Virus record (IMG/VR): IMGVR_UViG_3300042554_001073
Reading direction: 5' to 3' (one strand)
Source: a virus
DNA length: 64,000 nucleotides
In this document: positions 1 through 8,049 of the stretch, one piece after another
Numbering within the stretch: position 1 is the stretch's first letter
Layout: each line of letters opens with the position of its first letter
Notes under the pieces: model-generated
Database searches by the model: none
What the model was told of the DNA's origin: nothing
Seen by the model: only the letters and a program-made list of their open reading frames with translations
Program-made: the position numbers and the translations under genes

Positions 1-120
1 AGCAATAATTTTTCTACTATCCTTATCCAAATAAGTAGAAAAGTTCTCCACAGGAGTCATTAGTGCTTCTGAATATCCGTTGATGTAAGTATCCCAGATT
101 TTTTGTGCTCTTTCAGTCAT
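1..120 (-). CDS. partial small hypothetical protein (MTERAQKIWDTYINGYSEAL...), paralog of 117..299; runs off the window edge
   Basis: Translated by hand. ATG at 120 overlaps the TGA of 117..299 (ATGA), and the N-terminus MTERAQKI is identical to that ORF. Confidence 0.75.
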   Translation of the reverse strand, partial: MTERAQKIWDTYINGYSEALMTPVENFSTYLDKDSRKIIA

Positions 121-299
121 AGTGCCTCCACCTCATCAGCAATTTCATTCAATACATCATAAGGATGTTGTAGTTCTCCCCAGTCAGTAGCAAATCTATC
201 GGCAACAGCACGAATAGCAGCAACAACTCCATCCTTTGGAAAGTTGTAAGTATCCTCTGCTTCGTATGCTTCCATAATCTTTTGTGCTCGTTCAGTCAT
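117..299 (-). CDS. small hypothetical protein, member of tandem paralog triplet
   Basis: 60 aa ORF coupled to its neighbours; ends EVEAL, like NVEAL in 299..511. Confidence 0.75.
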   Translation of the reverse strand: MTERAQKIMEAYEAEDTYNFPKDGVVAAIRAVADRFATDWGELQHPYDVLNEIADEVEAL

Positions 300-511
300 T
301 AGAGTGCCTCCACATTATAGGAAAGTTCATAAAGTTTTTGAGCATCAACTACCATATCTTCTACACCTTCATCTTTACAACACTGATAGTATTGATATTG
401 ATTAGCAATCTCACGAATAGCAGTAGCAAGTGCTTCTTTCATATCATCGGTGGGTTCAACAATCAATTCTGCTTTGAATGCTTCCCAAACTTTGTATGCT
501 GCGTCAGTCAT
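299..511 (-). CDS. small hypothetical protein, paralog of 117..299
   Basis: Shares MTDAAYKVWEAF..., AIREIA and VEAL with its neighbour. Confidence 0.75.
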   Translation of the reverse strand: MTDAAYKVWEAFKAELIVEPTDDMKEALATAIREIANQYQYYQCCKDEGVEDMVVDAQKLYELSYNVEAL

Positions 512-719
512 AGTTATAATCAGTAGGATAAGAGGAGTTCAGGGATACACTTTCTTGGTGACTTTCCCAACCATTTTCATTACCAATTTCATAGATTGCT
601 CGGGCAAACTCAATAAAATTTTCAGGAGTTCCAAAATATTCAGAACAACTACCATCGTCTCTCAATCCACCCTCTTGAAAGTGAAATCTCACAAGTTCAA
701 GGATTTCTTCGTTAGTCAT
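504..719 (-). CDS. hypothetical protein
   Basis: 71 aa, overlaps both flanking ORFs in a tightly packed minus-strand run. Confidence 0.65.
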   Translation of the reverse strand: MTNEEILELVRFHFQEGGLRDDGSCSEYFGTPENFIEFARAIYEIGNENGWESHQESVSLNSSYPTDYNYD

Positions 720-1009
720 TGTGTTGTCTCAGTGGTAATTACAGGTGGTGGGGGAGGTGCTACTGGTGGCAATACAGTTGGTTGTGGTGGTTGTTGTTCA
801 ACAACAGTAGGTTGTGGAACTTCTGTTGGTTCAGGGGCAACTTTTGATTCTTGTGTTTGTTCAATTTGTTTTTCAAGTTGTTCGATTTTTTCTTCGAGAG
901 GATTATTTTGTTTGGTCTTAATTTCTTCTGACATTTTCCAACTTGCCACACCAACACTAAAAATACTAGCAAGAGCGGCAACAACAGAAACAGTCTTAGA
1001 AAAACTCAT
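716..1009 (-). CDS. membrane-anchored hypothetical protein with coiled coil and Pro-rich tail
   Basis: N-terminal hydrophobic segment, LEEKIEQLEKQIEQ heptads, PPPPP tail. Confidence 0.7.
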   Translation of the reverse strand: MSFSKTVSVVAALASIFSVGVASWKMSEEIKTKQNNPLEEKIEQLEKQIEQTQESKVAPEPTEVPQPTVVEQQPPQPTVLPPVAPPPPPVITTETTQ

Positions 1010-1167
1010 TTTGGATCAGCAAGTTTGTAAGGGAACCCTTCGTCCGACAACTCATCATATAGCAGTCGGGCAAAAATTAGGTGGGGTCTTGTGCCGCTTT
1101 CAATTGCGGACGATGTTGCCACCGTCCATATAATATCCAGTTCTTTCTTATCAGGTAATGGTTTCAT
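1006..1167 (-). CDS. hypothetical protein (likely start MKPLPDKKELD at 1167)
   Basis: Sub-ORF of the track ORF 1006..1236; this start gives only a short overlap with 1151..1429. Confidence 0.55.
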   Translation of the reverse strand: MKPLPDKKELDIIWTVATSSAIESGTRPHLIFARLLYDELSDEGFPYKLADPK

Positions 1168-1429
1168 CTTCCTCATCAACGTCAGGATCTTCAAGATGCT
1201 CAAAGTTCCAAGTGTATTCGCAGAAACCAATATCAAACCCGAACTTATATGCCCAGAACATAATACTCAAGAGAGTTCCAGTTCCAGATTTGATTTGGAT
1301 GTAAGGCCAACCAGCATAATCATTCCAAGAAACTGATGCTTGAAGAAGTGCCCAGCGTTTGTTGTGAAGGACTTGAACATACCATTCGTGTCCATAATCC
1401 TCACGATGCTTAAATGAAATCAGTTTCAT
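1151..1429 (-). CDS. hypothetical protein
   Basis: 92 aa, ATGA-coupled to the upstream gene, Trp-rich with an acidic tail. Confidence 0.7.
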   Translation of the reverse strand: MKLISFKHREDYGHEWYVQVLHNKRWALLQASVSWNDYAGWPYIQIKSGTGTLLSIMFWAYKFGFDIGFCEYTWNFEHLEDPDVDEEDETIT

Positions 1430-1848
1430 TGTCCTTCCTCCAGATTCGTCAGTTCCTCTTCACTCAGCACAGTTCCCATTGGACCTTTAGGTGCTTTCAT
1501 CAGACGGGCAATCTCTTCATCCCGCACTTTCCATTCATTGAACTTATCCTCAAGGTCTTCATCCATTGTCAGTTCATATTCTTTACAGACCTTACGCTGT
1601 TCCTCTTCACTAGTCCAATCATTAAAGACCAGAGACATCGCACCGCTGCGAATACTTGCGGGATTCATACCAACACACAGCATAAACTTCTCAAACAGTT
1701 TGAAATACTGCTTTGCGTTCAAATCAGCAGCAGGAGCAGTAATCAGATAATGTTCTTCAGGAATAAAATCATCATCAGAGAATGATGAACTATAACTGGG
1801 TGTCCAAGTAGCATCAAACTTGAATTGAACTTCAGCGTTGTAAGTCAT
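1426..1848 (-). CDS. hypothetical protein, first gene downstream of a putative early promoter
   Basis: 140 aa ORF with a -10 element 24-29 nt upstream of its start. Confidence 0.75.
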   Translation of the reverse strand: MTYNAEVQFKFDATWTPSYSSSFSDDDFIPEEHYLITAPAADLNAKQYFKLFEKFMLCVGMNPASIRSGAMSLVFNDWTSEEEQRKVCKEYELTMDEDLEDKFNEWKVRDEEIARLMKAPKGPMGTVLSEEELTNLEEGQ

Positions 1849-1871
1849 AGTGAGAATGTTTCAATGTAGAT

Positions 1872-1917
1872 ACTATAAGACCTATTGACAAGAAAATCAA
1901 GAGGTCGTGTGCCAGTT
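1872..1917 (-). promoter_or_regulatory. putative early promoter with internal stem-loop
   Basis: Minus strand reads AACTGGCACAC-GACCTCTTGA[TTTTCTTG]TCAATAGGTC-TTATAGTATCT. TTGATT-N17-TATAGT; same layout as 3333..3378. Confidence 0.55.
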
Positions 1918-2153
1918 TATTGTCTGTCTTCAAACTCTTTCATCAGTTCTTCTGCCATCTTCATCGAACGACGATGAATAGCATATCTTGCCCACGGTGT
2001 CTTTGGATTATGAACCAACCACCACTTGAATACTTGAAACTTATTCTTGGTAATTTGAGTTATAAGTACAACTGCTCTCGCAACACTTTGATCAGTTACA
2101 ATTAAGTATCCAATACAGAAGAATATAACCAGATAAATGTATTGCGTTGTCAT
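1917..2153 (-). CDS. hypothetical membrane protein
   Basis: 78 aa with an N-terminal hydrophobic helix. Confidence 0.65.
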   Translation of the reverse strand: MTTQYIYLVIFFCIGYLIVTDQSVARAVVLITQITKNKFQVFKWWLVHNPKTPWARYAIHRRSMKMAEELMKEFEDRQ

Positions 2154-2353
2154 CGTCTCAGTGTTTTGAGATATTCTAACACTGTTTCACGAACTTCAAG
2201 GAGTTCATTGTAACATTTCTGATTATGAGCACACTGACGCAATTCATTATCAGGTTTATAAACGGATTCAATAAACAAGTCGAGTCCACGATTCCACTTT
2301 ATATCTTTGGGTTCGTTATCAGTCACTGGATTTTGGTCTTTCATCAGGAACAA
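2150..2353 (-). CDS. hypothetical protein
   Basis: 67 aa in the packed minus-strand run. Confidence 0.6.
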   Translation of the reverse strand: MFLMKDQNPVTDNEPKDIKWNRGLDLFIESVYKPDNELRQCAHNQKCYNELLEVRETVLEYLKTLRR

Positions 2354-2516
2354 TTTTCAGAGGACAAGTTGGAACAGACTGGTTGACTGTTTGAATCAGT
2401 TCTATCTTTTGTTTATAAGAAAGTCCAATCACATTTGAAAGACGATTGATAATCTTAACAGCATCAGAACAACTGATAATGGTTGTTGCAAATAAGACAA
2501 CCATAACATTCTCCAA
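2319..2516 (-). CDS. hypothetical protein
   Basis: 65 aa in the packed minus-strand run. Confidence 0.55.
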   Translation of the reverse strand: MENVMVVLFATTIISCSDAVKIINRLSNVIGLSYKQKIELIQTVNQSVPTCPLKIVPDERPKSSD

Positions 2517-2525
2517 TTCTTGATA

Positions 2526-2726
2526 CTATTTAATCACATCCCAATGTGGATCATTTTCCTTATTCAACCAAAAGCAGTAGCGACGGTTGATAGAAACAAC
2601 AAACATTTGTGTATCATTCTCTTGCTCTACTTCCATAGCGTGTAGAGAATCCATCTGATTTACAAAACGATTCTTCGCTTTGGAACTTTTTGGTTGAATG
2701 TTAATCAGTTTTTTTTTGGTCTTCAT
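2526..2726 (-). CDS. hypothetical protein (likely start MKTKKKLINIQPKSSKAKNRF)
   Basis: Sub-ORF of the track ORF 2526..2771. Confidence 0.6.
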   Translation of the reverse strand: MKTKKKLINIQPKSSKAKNRFVNQMDSLHAMEVEQENDTQMFVVSINRRYCFWLNKENDPHWDVIK

Positions 2727-2778
2727 AATGTTTTTAAAGTTTCTTAAAGCTTTTCTTATCAACCCCAACAAAGGTATT

Positions 2779-3207
2779 CTAGTGGGTTTGATGGGTGTCT
2801 GTCAAGTAATCGTGGTAATACATTTCTTCCAGTGAGTGTGCTTCAATCTCGTGAGGTTGTTCCCAGTAATCCAAATCATCACACTTAATGTCTTTGTAGT
2901 ACATCTTACCTCTGCGTTCTTTGAGTGTACCTTGAACCCATTGACGTAGATGAACTAACTCGTGTAGAATCGTTTTAGTATAAAGTTCAAGATCTAGTTT
3001 CGGATCAATTTCAATCAGAAACTCTCTTGGTTTGTAAATAGCACCAGATACAGAACAATAACCATATGCTTGCTCTCTACGGAGACCTCTGTGAAGCATT
3101 TCAATGTAGATATGGTGTCGTGGTAGGTATTTCTGAATGAACCACCTTACAGCGTCTTCTGCCCGTCTCTTACGAGCGTTGTATCCTGTGATGTCCAAGC
3201 AATACAT
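2779..3207 (-). CDS. putative HExxH zinc metallopeptidase (SprT/MPTase-like)
   Basis: TILHELVHLRQW ... EQPHEIEAH: HExxH plus a downstream Glu ligand. Confidence 0.7.
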   Translation of the reverse strand: MYCLDITGYNARKRRAEDAVRWFIQKYLPRHHIYIEMLHRGLRREQAYGYCSVSGAIYKPREFLIEIDPKLDLELYTKTILHELVHLRQWVQGTLKERRGKMYYKDIKCDDLDYWEQPHEIEAHSLEEMYYHDYLTDTHQTH

Positions 3208-3311
3208 CAGAACAGTGCGTTAAGGGTCAGTTCAGATACTTTAGCAGCCCAGTGACTGAACCATAGAAAACTGGAGACAAAAATCAATCTGTCCAGTGTG
3301 GAGTACCTCAT
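3207..3311 (-). CDS. 34 aa small hydrophobic ORF (MRYSTLDRLIFVSSFLWFSHWAAKVSELTLNALF)
   Basis: Translated by hand. GGAG upstream, TGATG coupling to the peptidase, directly downstream of a promoter element. Confidence 0.55.
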   Translation of the reverse strand: MRYSTLDRLIFVSSFLWFSHWAAKVSELTLNALF

Positions 3312-3332
3312 CGGTTTCGTGTGTCTCCAGAT

Positions 3333-3378
3333 ATTATAAGACCCCACAGGTGGTTCTGCGGGGTATGGTGTGACAGTT
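3333..3378 (-). promoter_or_regulatory. putative early promoter with internal stem-loop
   Basis: Minus strand reads AACTGTCACAC-CAT-ACCCCGCAG[AACCAC]CTGTGGGGT-CTTATAATATCT. Perfect TATAAT, no clear -35. Confidence 0.55.
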
Positions 3379-3391
3379 TTTGAAGTGGTTT

Positions 3392-4372
3392 TTATGGCAC
3401 CTCATCTAAATATCGGATTATGACAATACCTGGCCCACCTTGCCCATTCGTGTTACCTACGCTGTTAGCACCACCTCCTCCACCAGTATTAGTTACTGCA
3501 TTTTCACCACCATTGCCACCACCACCAGCACCTCCAGTCCCAATAATAGTAGCAAAGTAATCATATCCACCGCCTCCTCCGGCAAACCATCTGCCAGGAC
3601 CGGGTCCAGGTGTTCCATAAGAAGGTGGAATGCCAGTATCTCCAGAGAATGCTGCTAGTCCAACACCACCATCTCCAGCGACTGTTGGAATTGGTGCAGA
3701 GGAACCAGGAGTTCCTGGTCCACCAGCACCGCCCCCACCTCCAGATTGGGATGGATATGTTCCACCTGTTCCACCAGGATTTCCTTGTCCAGGAGTTCCA
3801 TTTCCTCCGGGTTTACTTCCGGCAGGACTTTCTCCACCACCGCCACCAGAACCTCCGGGAAGTCCATTCTGAACTGGGTCATCTGTAAATGTACCGGCGC
3901 CACCACCACCACCACCAGATGATGTTATTGAATGAAAAGTACTTGGTCCTCCAGGATTTCCTGCGCTTCCACTCGAAGCTAAAGGTCCACCTGTGCCAAT
4001 AGTGATGGGATATGATCCCGGAGAAATTGGCATGGATCCTGTTCTGAATCCACCAGCACCACCAGCACCACTACCAGATCTAGACGCACTATGAGAACCA
4101 CCTCCACTACCACCACCAGCTATAACAACATATTCAATCGTGGTGCTAGATTGGGAAACAACAAAAGATGAAGGACCTGGATTGGTAAAAAAATGGTATT
4201 TGTAACCATTTCCAGGAGTAAGAACTTCTGTTCCACCAGTAGCAATAAAAGGCACTGGTGGTTGAATAAATCTATTAGTTCTTACACTACTGTTCAGTGT
4301 TAAATCTCTATCTCTAAAAACACCTAAAAGTTTTCCTACACTAAATCCACCTGTTGACTTAAATGGAGCCAT
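3392..4372 (-). CDS. glycine-rich (polyglycine-II bundle) putative adhesin head
   Basis: ATGGT...PGNGYKYHFFT, VIAGGGSGG, RWFAGGGGG and C-terminal GGPGIVIIRY signature. Confidence 0.8.
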   Translation of the reverse strand: MAPFKSTGGFSVGKLLGVFRDRDLTLNSSVRTNRFIQPPVPFIATGGTEVLTPGNGYKYHFFTNPGPSSFVVSQSSTTIEYVVIAGGGSGGGSHSASRSGSGAGGAGGFRTGSMPISPGSYPITIGTGGPLASSGSAGNPGGPSTFHSITSSGGGGGGAGTFTDDPVQNGLPGGSGGGGGESPAGSKPGGNGTPGQGNPGGTGGTYPSQSGGGGGAGGPGTPGSSAPIPTVAGDGGVGLAAFSGDTGIPPSYGTPGPGPGRWFAGGGGGYDYFATIIGTGGAGGGGNGGENAVTNTGGGGGANSVGNTNGQGGPGIVIIRYLDEVP

Positions 4373-4373
4373 A

Positions 4374-4715
4374 TCAAACCTCCTTGTCGCCAGTAATCAA
4401 GAAATTAACGGTAGAAGTTCCTGCTCCAACACTGATTTGGTCTCCTGTCGTATCAATTACAAGAGGATATGATGGCTCAATTAATACTGTTTCACCTGGA
4501 TTGACATCTACATCAAAAATCTTGGTCGTAATATTAGCAGATCCACCATTTGGAATAAAGTAAACTTGAGCTGTTGATGTGGTAGCGGTTCCTGGCGAGT
4601 GAGCAATTATTGATTTTACATATACTTTTTTAGAACTGGCAACAGTAATAATTCCTACTGTACTTCCAGCAGAAACTACAACTACGTTACTAAGTTTTCC
4701 TCTTTCCAGTGCCAT
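4374..4715 (-). CDS. small beta-rich virion protein (adaptor family, copy 5)
   Basis: MALERGKL...KVYVKSIIAH...ETVLIEPSYPLVI...FLITGDKEV; homologous to 10939, 13144, 22906 and 29244. Confidence 0.8.
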   Translation of the reverse strand: MALERGKLSNVVVVSAGSTVGIITVASSKKVYVKSIIAHSPGTATTSTAQVYFIPNGGSANITTKIFDVDVNPGETVLIEPSYPLVIDTTGDQISVGAGTSTVNFLITGDKEV

Positions 4716-4721
4716 GACTTT

Positions 4722-4739
4722 CTTTTTTAGTTATTTATT
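4722..4739 (-). promoter_or_regulatory. T4-type late promoter plus leader repeat (AATAAATAACTAAAAAAG)
   Basis: 18-mer identical to 5065..5082; 16-mer identical to 23315..23330. Confidence 0.7.
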
Positions 4740-4742
4740 AAA

Positions 4743-5057
4743 TCAACCACCACCATATAACCAAGTATCTAATTGATTCCAACTTTCAACACCTGTTAGT
4801 CCACTACCATCACCACTAAAACTCGTGGCAGTAATAACCCCAACAGCACTAATACCTCCAGCAAGAACTTGAATACCAGATCTTGCTGTAACTAGACCAA
4901 TAGAATCTACATTGGTTACATCTTCATAGGTTAAAGTTCCTGCAATAGAAACGTTTCCAGAAAAAGTTCCAGAAACAGCAGTAATTACTCCAACATTTAG
5001 ATTTGATGGTGGAGATATACTTGTAGAAAATCCCGCTAAATTAGACGCTCTAGACAT
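4743..5057 (-). CDS. short tail-fibre stub
   Basis: GVITATSFSGDGSGLTG fibre motif; C-terminus WNQLDTWLYGGG. Confidence 0.8.
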   Translation of the reverse strand: MSRASNLAGFSTSISPPSNLNVGVITAVSGTFSGNVSIAGTLTYEDVTNVDSIGLVTARSGIQVLAGGISAVGVITATSFSGDGSGLTGVESWNQLDTWLYGGG

Positions 5058-5064
5058 CTTATTA

Positions 5065-5082
5065 CTTTTTTAGTTATTTATT
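5065..5082 (-). promoter_or_regulatory. late promoter TAAATA overlapping the upstream stop codon
   Basis: TATTTA at 5075..5080 on the plus strand. Confidence 0.7.
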
Positions 5083-5248
5083 CAGATACAACAGTGCCAC
5101 CGAAACCATAAAGGTCAGCGGTGGCATCTTTTTTGTATTGATAAATTTTACGCTCTTCAAAAACTGTAGACCAACGATGATCTCCTTGATAATAAATGGT
5201 TTCTACTTGGTCTTGTATCTTCTCAGATTTTTCTATATGGTATGCCAT
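5078..5248 (-). CDS. 56 aa hypothetical protein (MAYHIEKSEKIQDQVETIYYQGDHRWSTV...)
   Basis: Translated by hand; fills the gap between the oxygenase and the stub genes. Confidence 0.65.
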   Translation of the reverse strand: MAYHIEKSEKIQDQVETIYYQGDHRWSTVFEERKIYQYKKDATADLYGFGGTVVSE

Positions 5249-5260
5249 CAGTATACTTTT

Positions 5261-5815
5261 TCAAGTATTTATTGCCTGATGGTCCGGAAGTTTAGGAAGT
5301 AAGTCAAAAGATATAATCGTTCTCTGCTTTCTTGATTGATTTGGATGAACAAAATGTAATGTATAAGAAGGAACGATGACTAATGTTCCCTCTTTTACAT
5401 TCTGTGGGTATGCTAATGTTGTCGTATCAGTTCTTGGGTCTTGCCAAGGAGCAACAAAACAAGTAGGAGTATGAAGTTTGGGGTCATACTCCACATAAAG
5501 AACACCAGAAAATCCCCAACTTTTATGATTATGAACTGTCTGATGGTCTCCTTGTTTATATCTTACAGACCAACAATCAGTCATACTACAAGAAACTTCT
5601 GCTTCCCGACAAAACTCAAACAGTTGAGGTTTGATAAGGTCTTGAAAGTAATGTAGATATGACTTCTTGTTTGTTTGTCGGTCAGTCTCAAAAGTTTGAA
5701 GTGTAGTCCTTACAAACTTTTGAGAGTTGATGCGATTTAAGATGCCCTTCTTTTTGAACTGCCAATCATCAATCTGATATTGATAAGAAGGGTATTCAAA
5801 AAGTGGAGTTTTCAT
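5261..5815 (-). CDS. 2OG-Fe(II) oxygenase (HxH subtype)
   Basis: HQTVHNH...SGVLYV...EGTLVIVPSYTLHFV...RTIISFD. Confidence 0.8.
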   Translation of the reverse strand: MKTPLFEYPSYQYQIDDWQFKKKGILNRINSQKFVRTTLQTFETDRQTNKKSYLHYFQDLIKPQLFEFCREAEVSCSMTDCWSVRYKQGDHQTVHNHKSWGFSGVLYVEYDPKLHTPTCFVAPWQDPRTDTTTLAYPQNVKEGTLVIVPSYTLHFVHPNQSRKQRTIISFDLLPKLPDHQAINT

Positions 5816-6534
5816 CGTGCTCTATCCCAAGCACAATGAGCACGTTGACCATCAGCAAGAACATAATGGAAGAAGATTTGATGATAATAAAGTTCAGTGC
5901 TCTTACCAAACAGTTTCTTATTCTTCTTCGCACCAGGCATTGGATCTCTCCAATGTGGACGTTCACAACCTTTATAAACCATTCCATCACCTGCTTTCAG
6001 AACCACAGAACGGTTCTCACCAGGAACTAATACTTGTGTCTTTTTCTTATCAGCATAAGTATCGGGAGTTTTAATCCAGATTGGCCAATCAGCATCATTT
6101 CCTTCCAGATTAGTGCTGATATGAACTGTTACTGAAATCTCACAAGCATCACGGTCTGCGTGACGTGTAAGTTCCTGACCAGGGAAGTAATATCTATCAT
6201 AATAATAAGTATTATAAAGTTTACGACCCAGTGCTTCTTCCAGTTTTGCGCGAATACCACAATGAATCTGACGATATTGTGGGTGCCAATAACGCGCAAG
6301 TGAACCTTCAACCTGCATTTCTACTGGTGTATGAGTGAACTGGTCCATCTTTTTACCCCACCAGTTCATCTGTCCACGTTCTTCTGGAAGTGGATAATAA
6401 AGTTCTTCTGGATCCCAAAGGTCTTTGATGACCAAATATCCATTCTTCTCAAAGGATTCGTTACGAGTCCAAGCAGTTCCCGTATTTTGTCGCTCTTGGA
6501 ACATCAGTTGAAGTTCCGTCATTTGTTCTGCCAT
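5812..6534 (-). CDS. 2OG-Fe(II) oxygenase
   Basis: LTRHADRDACEISVTVHI...GDGMVYKGCERPHWR...QIFFHYV (HxD...H). Confidence 0.75.
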   Translation of the reverse strand: MAEQMTELQLMFQERQNTGTAWTRNESFEKNGYLVIKDLWDPEELYYPLPEERGQMNWWGKKMDQFTHTPVEMQVEGSLARYWHPQYRQIHCGIRAKLEEALGRKLYNTYYYDRYYFPGQELTRHADRDACEISVTVHISTNLEGNDADWPIWIKTPDTYADKKKTQVLVPGENRSVVLKAGDGMVYKGCERPHWRDPMPGAKKNKKLFGKSTELYYHQIFFHYVLADGQRAHCAWDRAR

Positions 6535-6537
6535 AAT

Positions 6538-7263
6538 TTATGCCTCCTTTTTGATTTTTAATCCTCCCAAAATCCATCCTTCACCTGGACATTCTTTTGA
6601 GAACTTTTGTTGTTCGCCATTATTCCAAAGTTTTCTACCAACTTTTGATTGTCCTATTTTATTACGAACTTCTGTTGGTGTTATTTTACCATAGTTTGGA
6701 TTATTTTTACCAGCGTTTATTTCTCTAAACTTTGCTTTTGATTCTTCACTATGTTTTCTACCAATCCAAGGATGTGGTTGATTTTTCCAAGTTTCTGTTG
6801 TCCTTTGTTTTAGAAGTTCTTTTGTTTCTTGAGAATGTTCTTTTCCGTAGAAAGGATTATTTTCTCCTTGATAGGTTCTTCTTCTATCAACCCAACCTTT
6901 ATTTTCTTTACCTATTTGAGATATTTTATCTCTTGTTTTTTTCGTATGTTGTTTTTGATAAAATGGATTTTCTTCACCAAACTTTTTCTCCTCATAATAA
7001 AATCCAGTTGTCTTTTGTCTTGATTTATTTGCAAAGTGTGGGTTTTGATCCACTTGGTAAAATTTATGAAGATCAACTTCTGCTTGAAGTGCTTCTTCTC
7101 TTGTAGAAAAAGTTTCCAGGATTATTTTATTAGTTGGATTAAAAGTTTCATCAGTATATGACCCAAGATAATTATCATCCTTCGGAAGGCAATCACAGGT
7201 TCTAGAACCTATATAACCCCTCCCAAACTCTTCATAAGAATAATAAACATAATGATTTTCCAT
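6538..7263 (-). mobile_element. free-standing GIY-YIG homing endonuclease with NUMOD3 repeats (Seg-like)
   Basis: HYVY...GRGYIGSR catalytic module; four G-x-x-NP(F/N)YGKxH-like repeats. Confidence 0.85.
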
Positions 7264-7274
7264 AACTTTATTGG

Positions 7275-7311
7275 ATATCGGTGGAAGTATTTATATTACC
7301 TCCACCGATAT
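7275..7311 (-). promoter_or_regulatory. 15-bp hairpin with the late promoter TATAAATA (7288..7295) at its apex, upstream of the homing endonuclease
   Basis: ATATCGGTGGAGGTA-ATATAAA-TACTTCCACCGATAT, one G-U pair. Confidence 0.8.
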
Positions 7312-7314
7312 TCT

Positions 7315-7935
7315 TCATTTCCATCTTGCGCCGCAGGTCCACCCAACAAGGGATTTACGGGTTCCTTTTGTAACTTTAAGAACTCTATGTTGTGTGCGGG
7401 AATCAAACAGAATCACAGTGCCACGCTTACGGGGAGCAATATAACTATTGCCTGCTTCATCAAGCAGTTGGAGATTGCCACCCTCATAATCATCGGGGTC
7501 AGAGAGTTGAACCACGAACGAAAGTTTACGCACAAGTTCAATGTTCTCATTCAAGAAGTCTTGTGCTAGACCATCTTGACGATTACCAACACTTACAGGT
7601 TTGTATTGAGTTGCTAGTCCTGCGTCATTATGCCATCCGTAAAACTGTCCTTCAGTATATTTTGTAAACTGCATTGATTCGCCATCAATACAGTGAAGGT
7701 CATAAAGGAAGTTCTCACGGTTTGCTCTTTGAATATAATGCCATACAAATCCACCAACCCAATGTGTGGTGGGGATCCAAGCGTTCTGTGAGTTTCTTTT
7801 ATCTTTATTCAGTGCGTCTCCATGCAATCTGGAGTCCGCCATTTGCTCTTCGAACTTTTCTGAAAGGTCTCGTTCTACAAGATCTACTACATCTTCTGGT
7901 AGATCAGAAAAATACCAAATTGATTGAAATGCCAT
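7315..7935 (-). CDS. 2OG-Fe(II) oxygenase, prolyl-4-hydroxylase-like
   Basis: YGWHND...RKLSFVVQLSDPDDYEGG...QHRVLKVTKGTRKSLVGW. Confidence 0.9.
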   Translation of the reverse strand: MAFQSIWYFSDLPEDVVDLVERDLSEKFEEQMADSRLHGDALNKDKRNSQNAWIPTTHWVGGFVWHYIQRANRENFLYDLHCIDGESMQFTKYTEGQFYGWHNDAGLATQYKPVSVGNRQDGLAQDFLNENIELVRKLSFVVQLSDPDDYEGGNLQLLDEAGNSYIAPRKRGTVILFDSRTQHRVLKVTKGTRKSLVGWTCGARWK

Positions 7936-7958
7936 ATTTGAATAATGTATTCAGTGAT

Positions 7959-7987
7959 ATTATATATGATGTTTTAGAGAGTGTCAA
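7959..7987 (-). promoter_or_regulatory. perfect sigma70 consensus early promoter
   Basis: TTGACA-N17-TATAAT, 24 nt upstream of the oxygenase start. Confidence 0.85.
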
Positions 7988-8049
7988 TTCAGATTCTTTG
8001 GACTTTAGATATTATTTCCTAGTTCTTATTTTGATATTTTTATCTATGA

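Noticed and set aside
450-1785. Long plus-strand ORFs 450..1133 and 1414..1785
   Set aside because: Antisense to a tightly coupled minus-strand gene run; no recognisable motifs.
6538-7311. Group I intron housing the GIY-YIG ORF
   Set aside because: The flanking oxygenase genes are complete with their own starts and stops, and there is no room for intron core elements (about 50 nt and 3 nt flanks).
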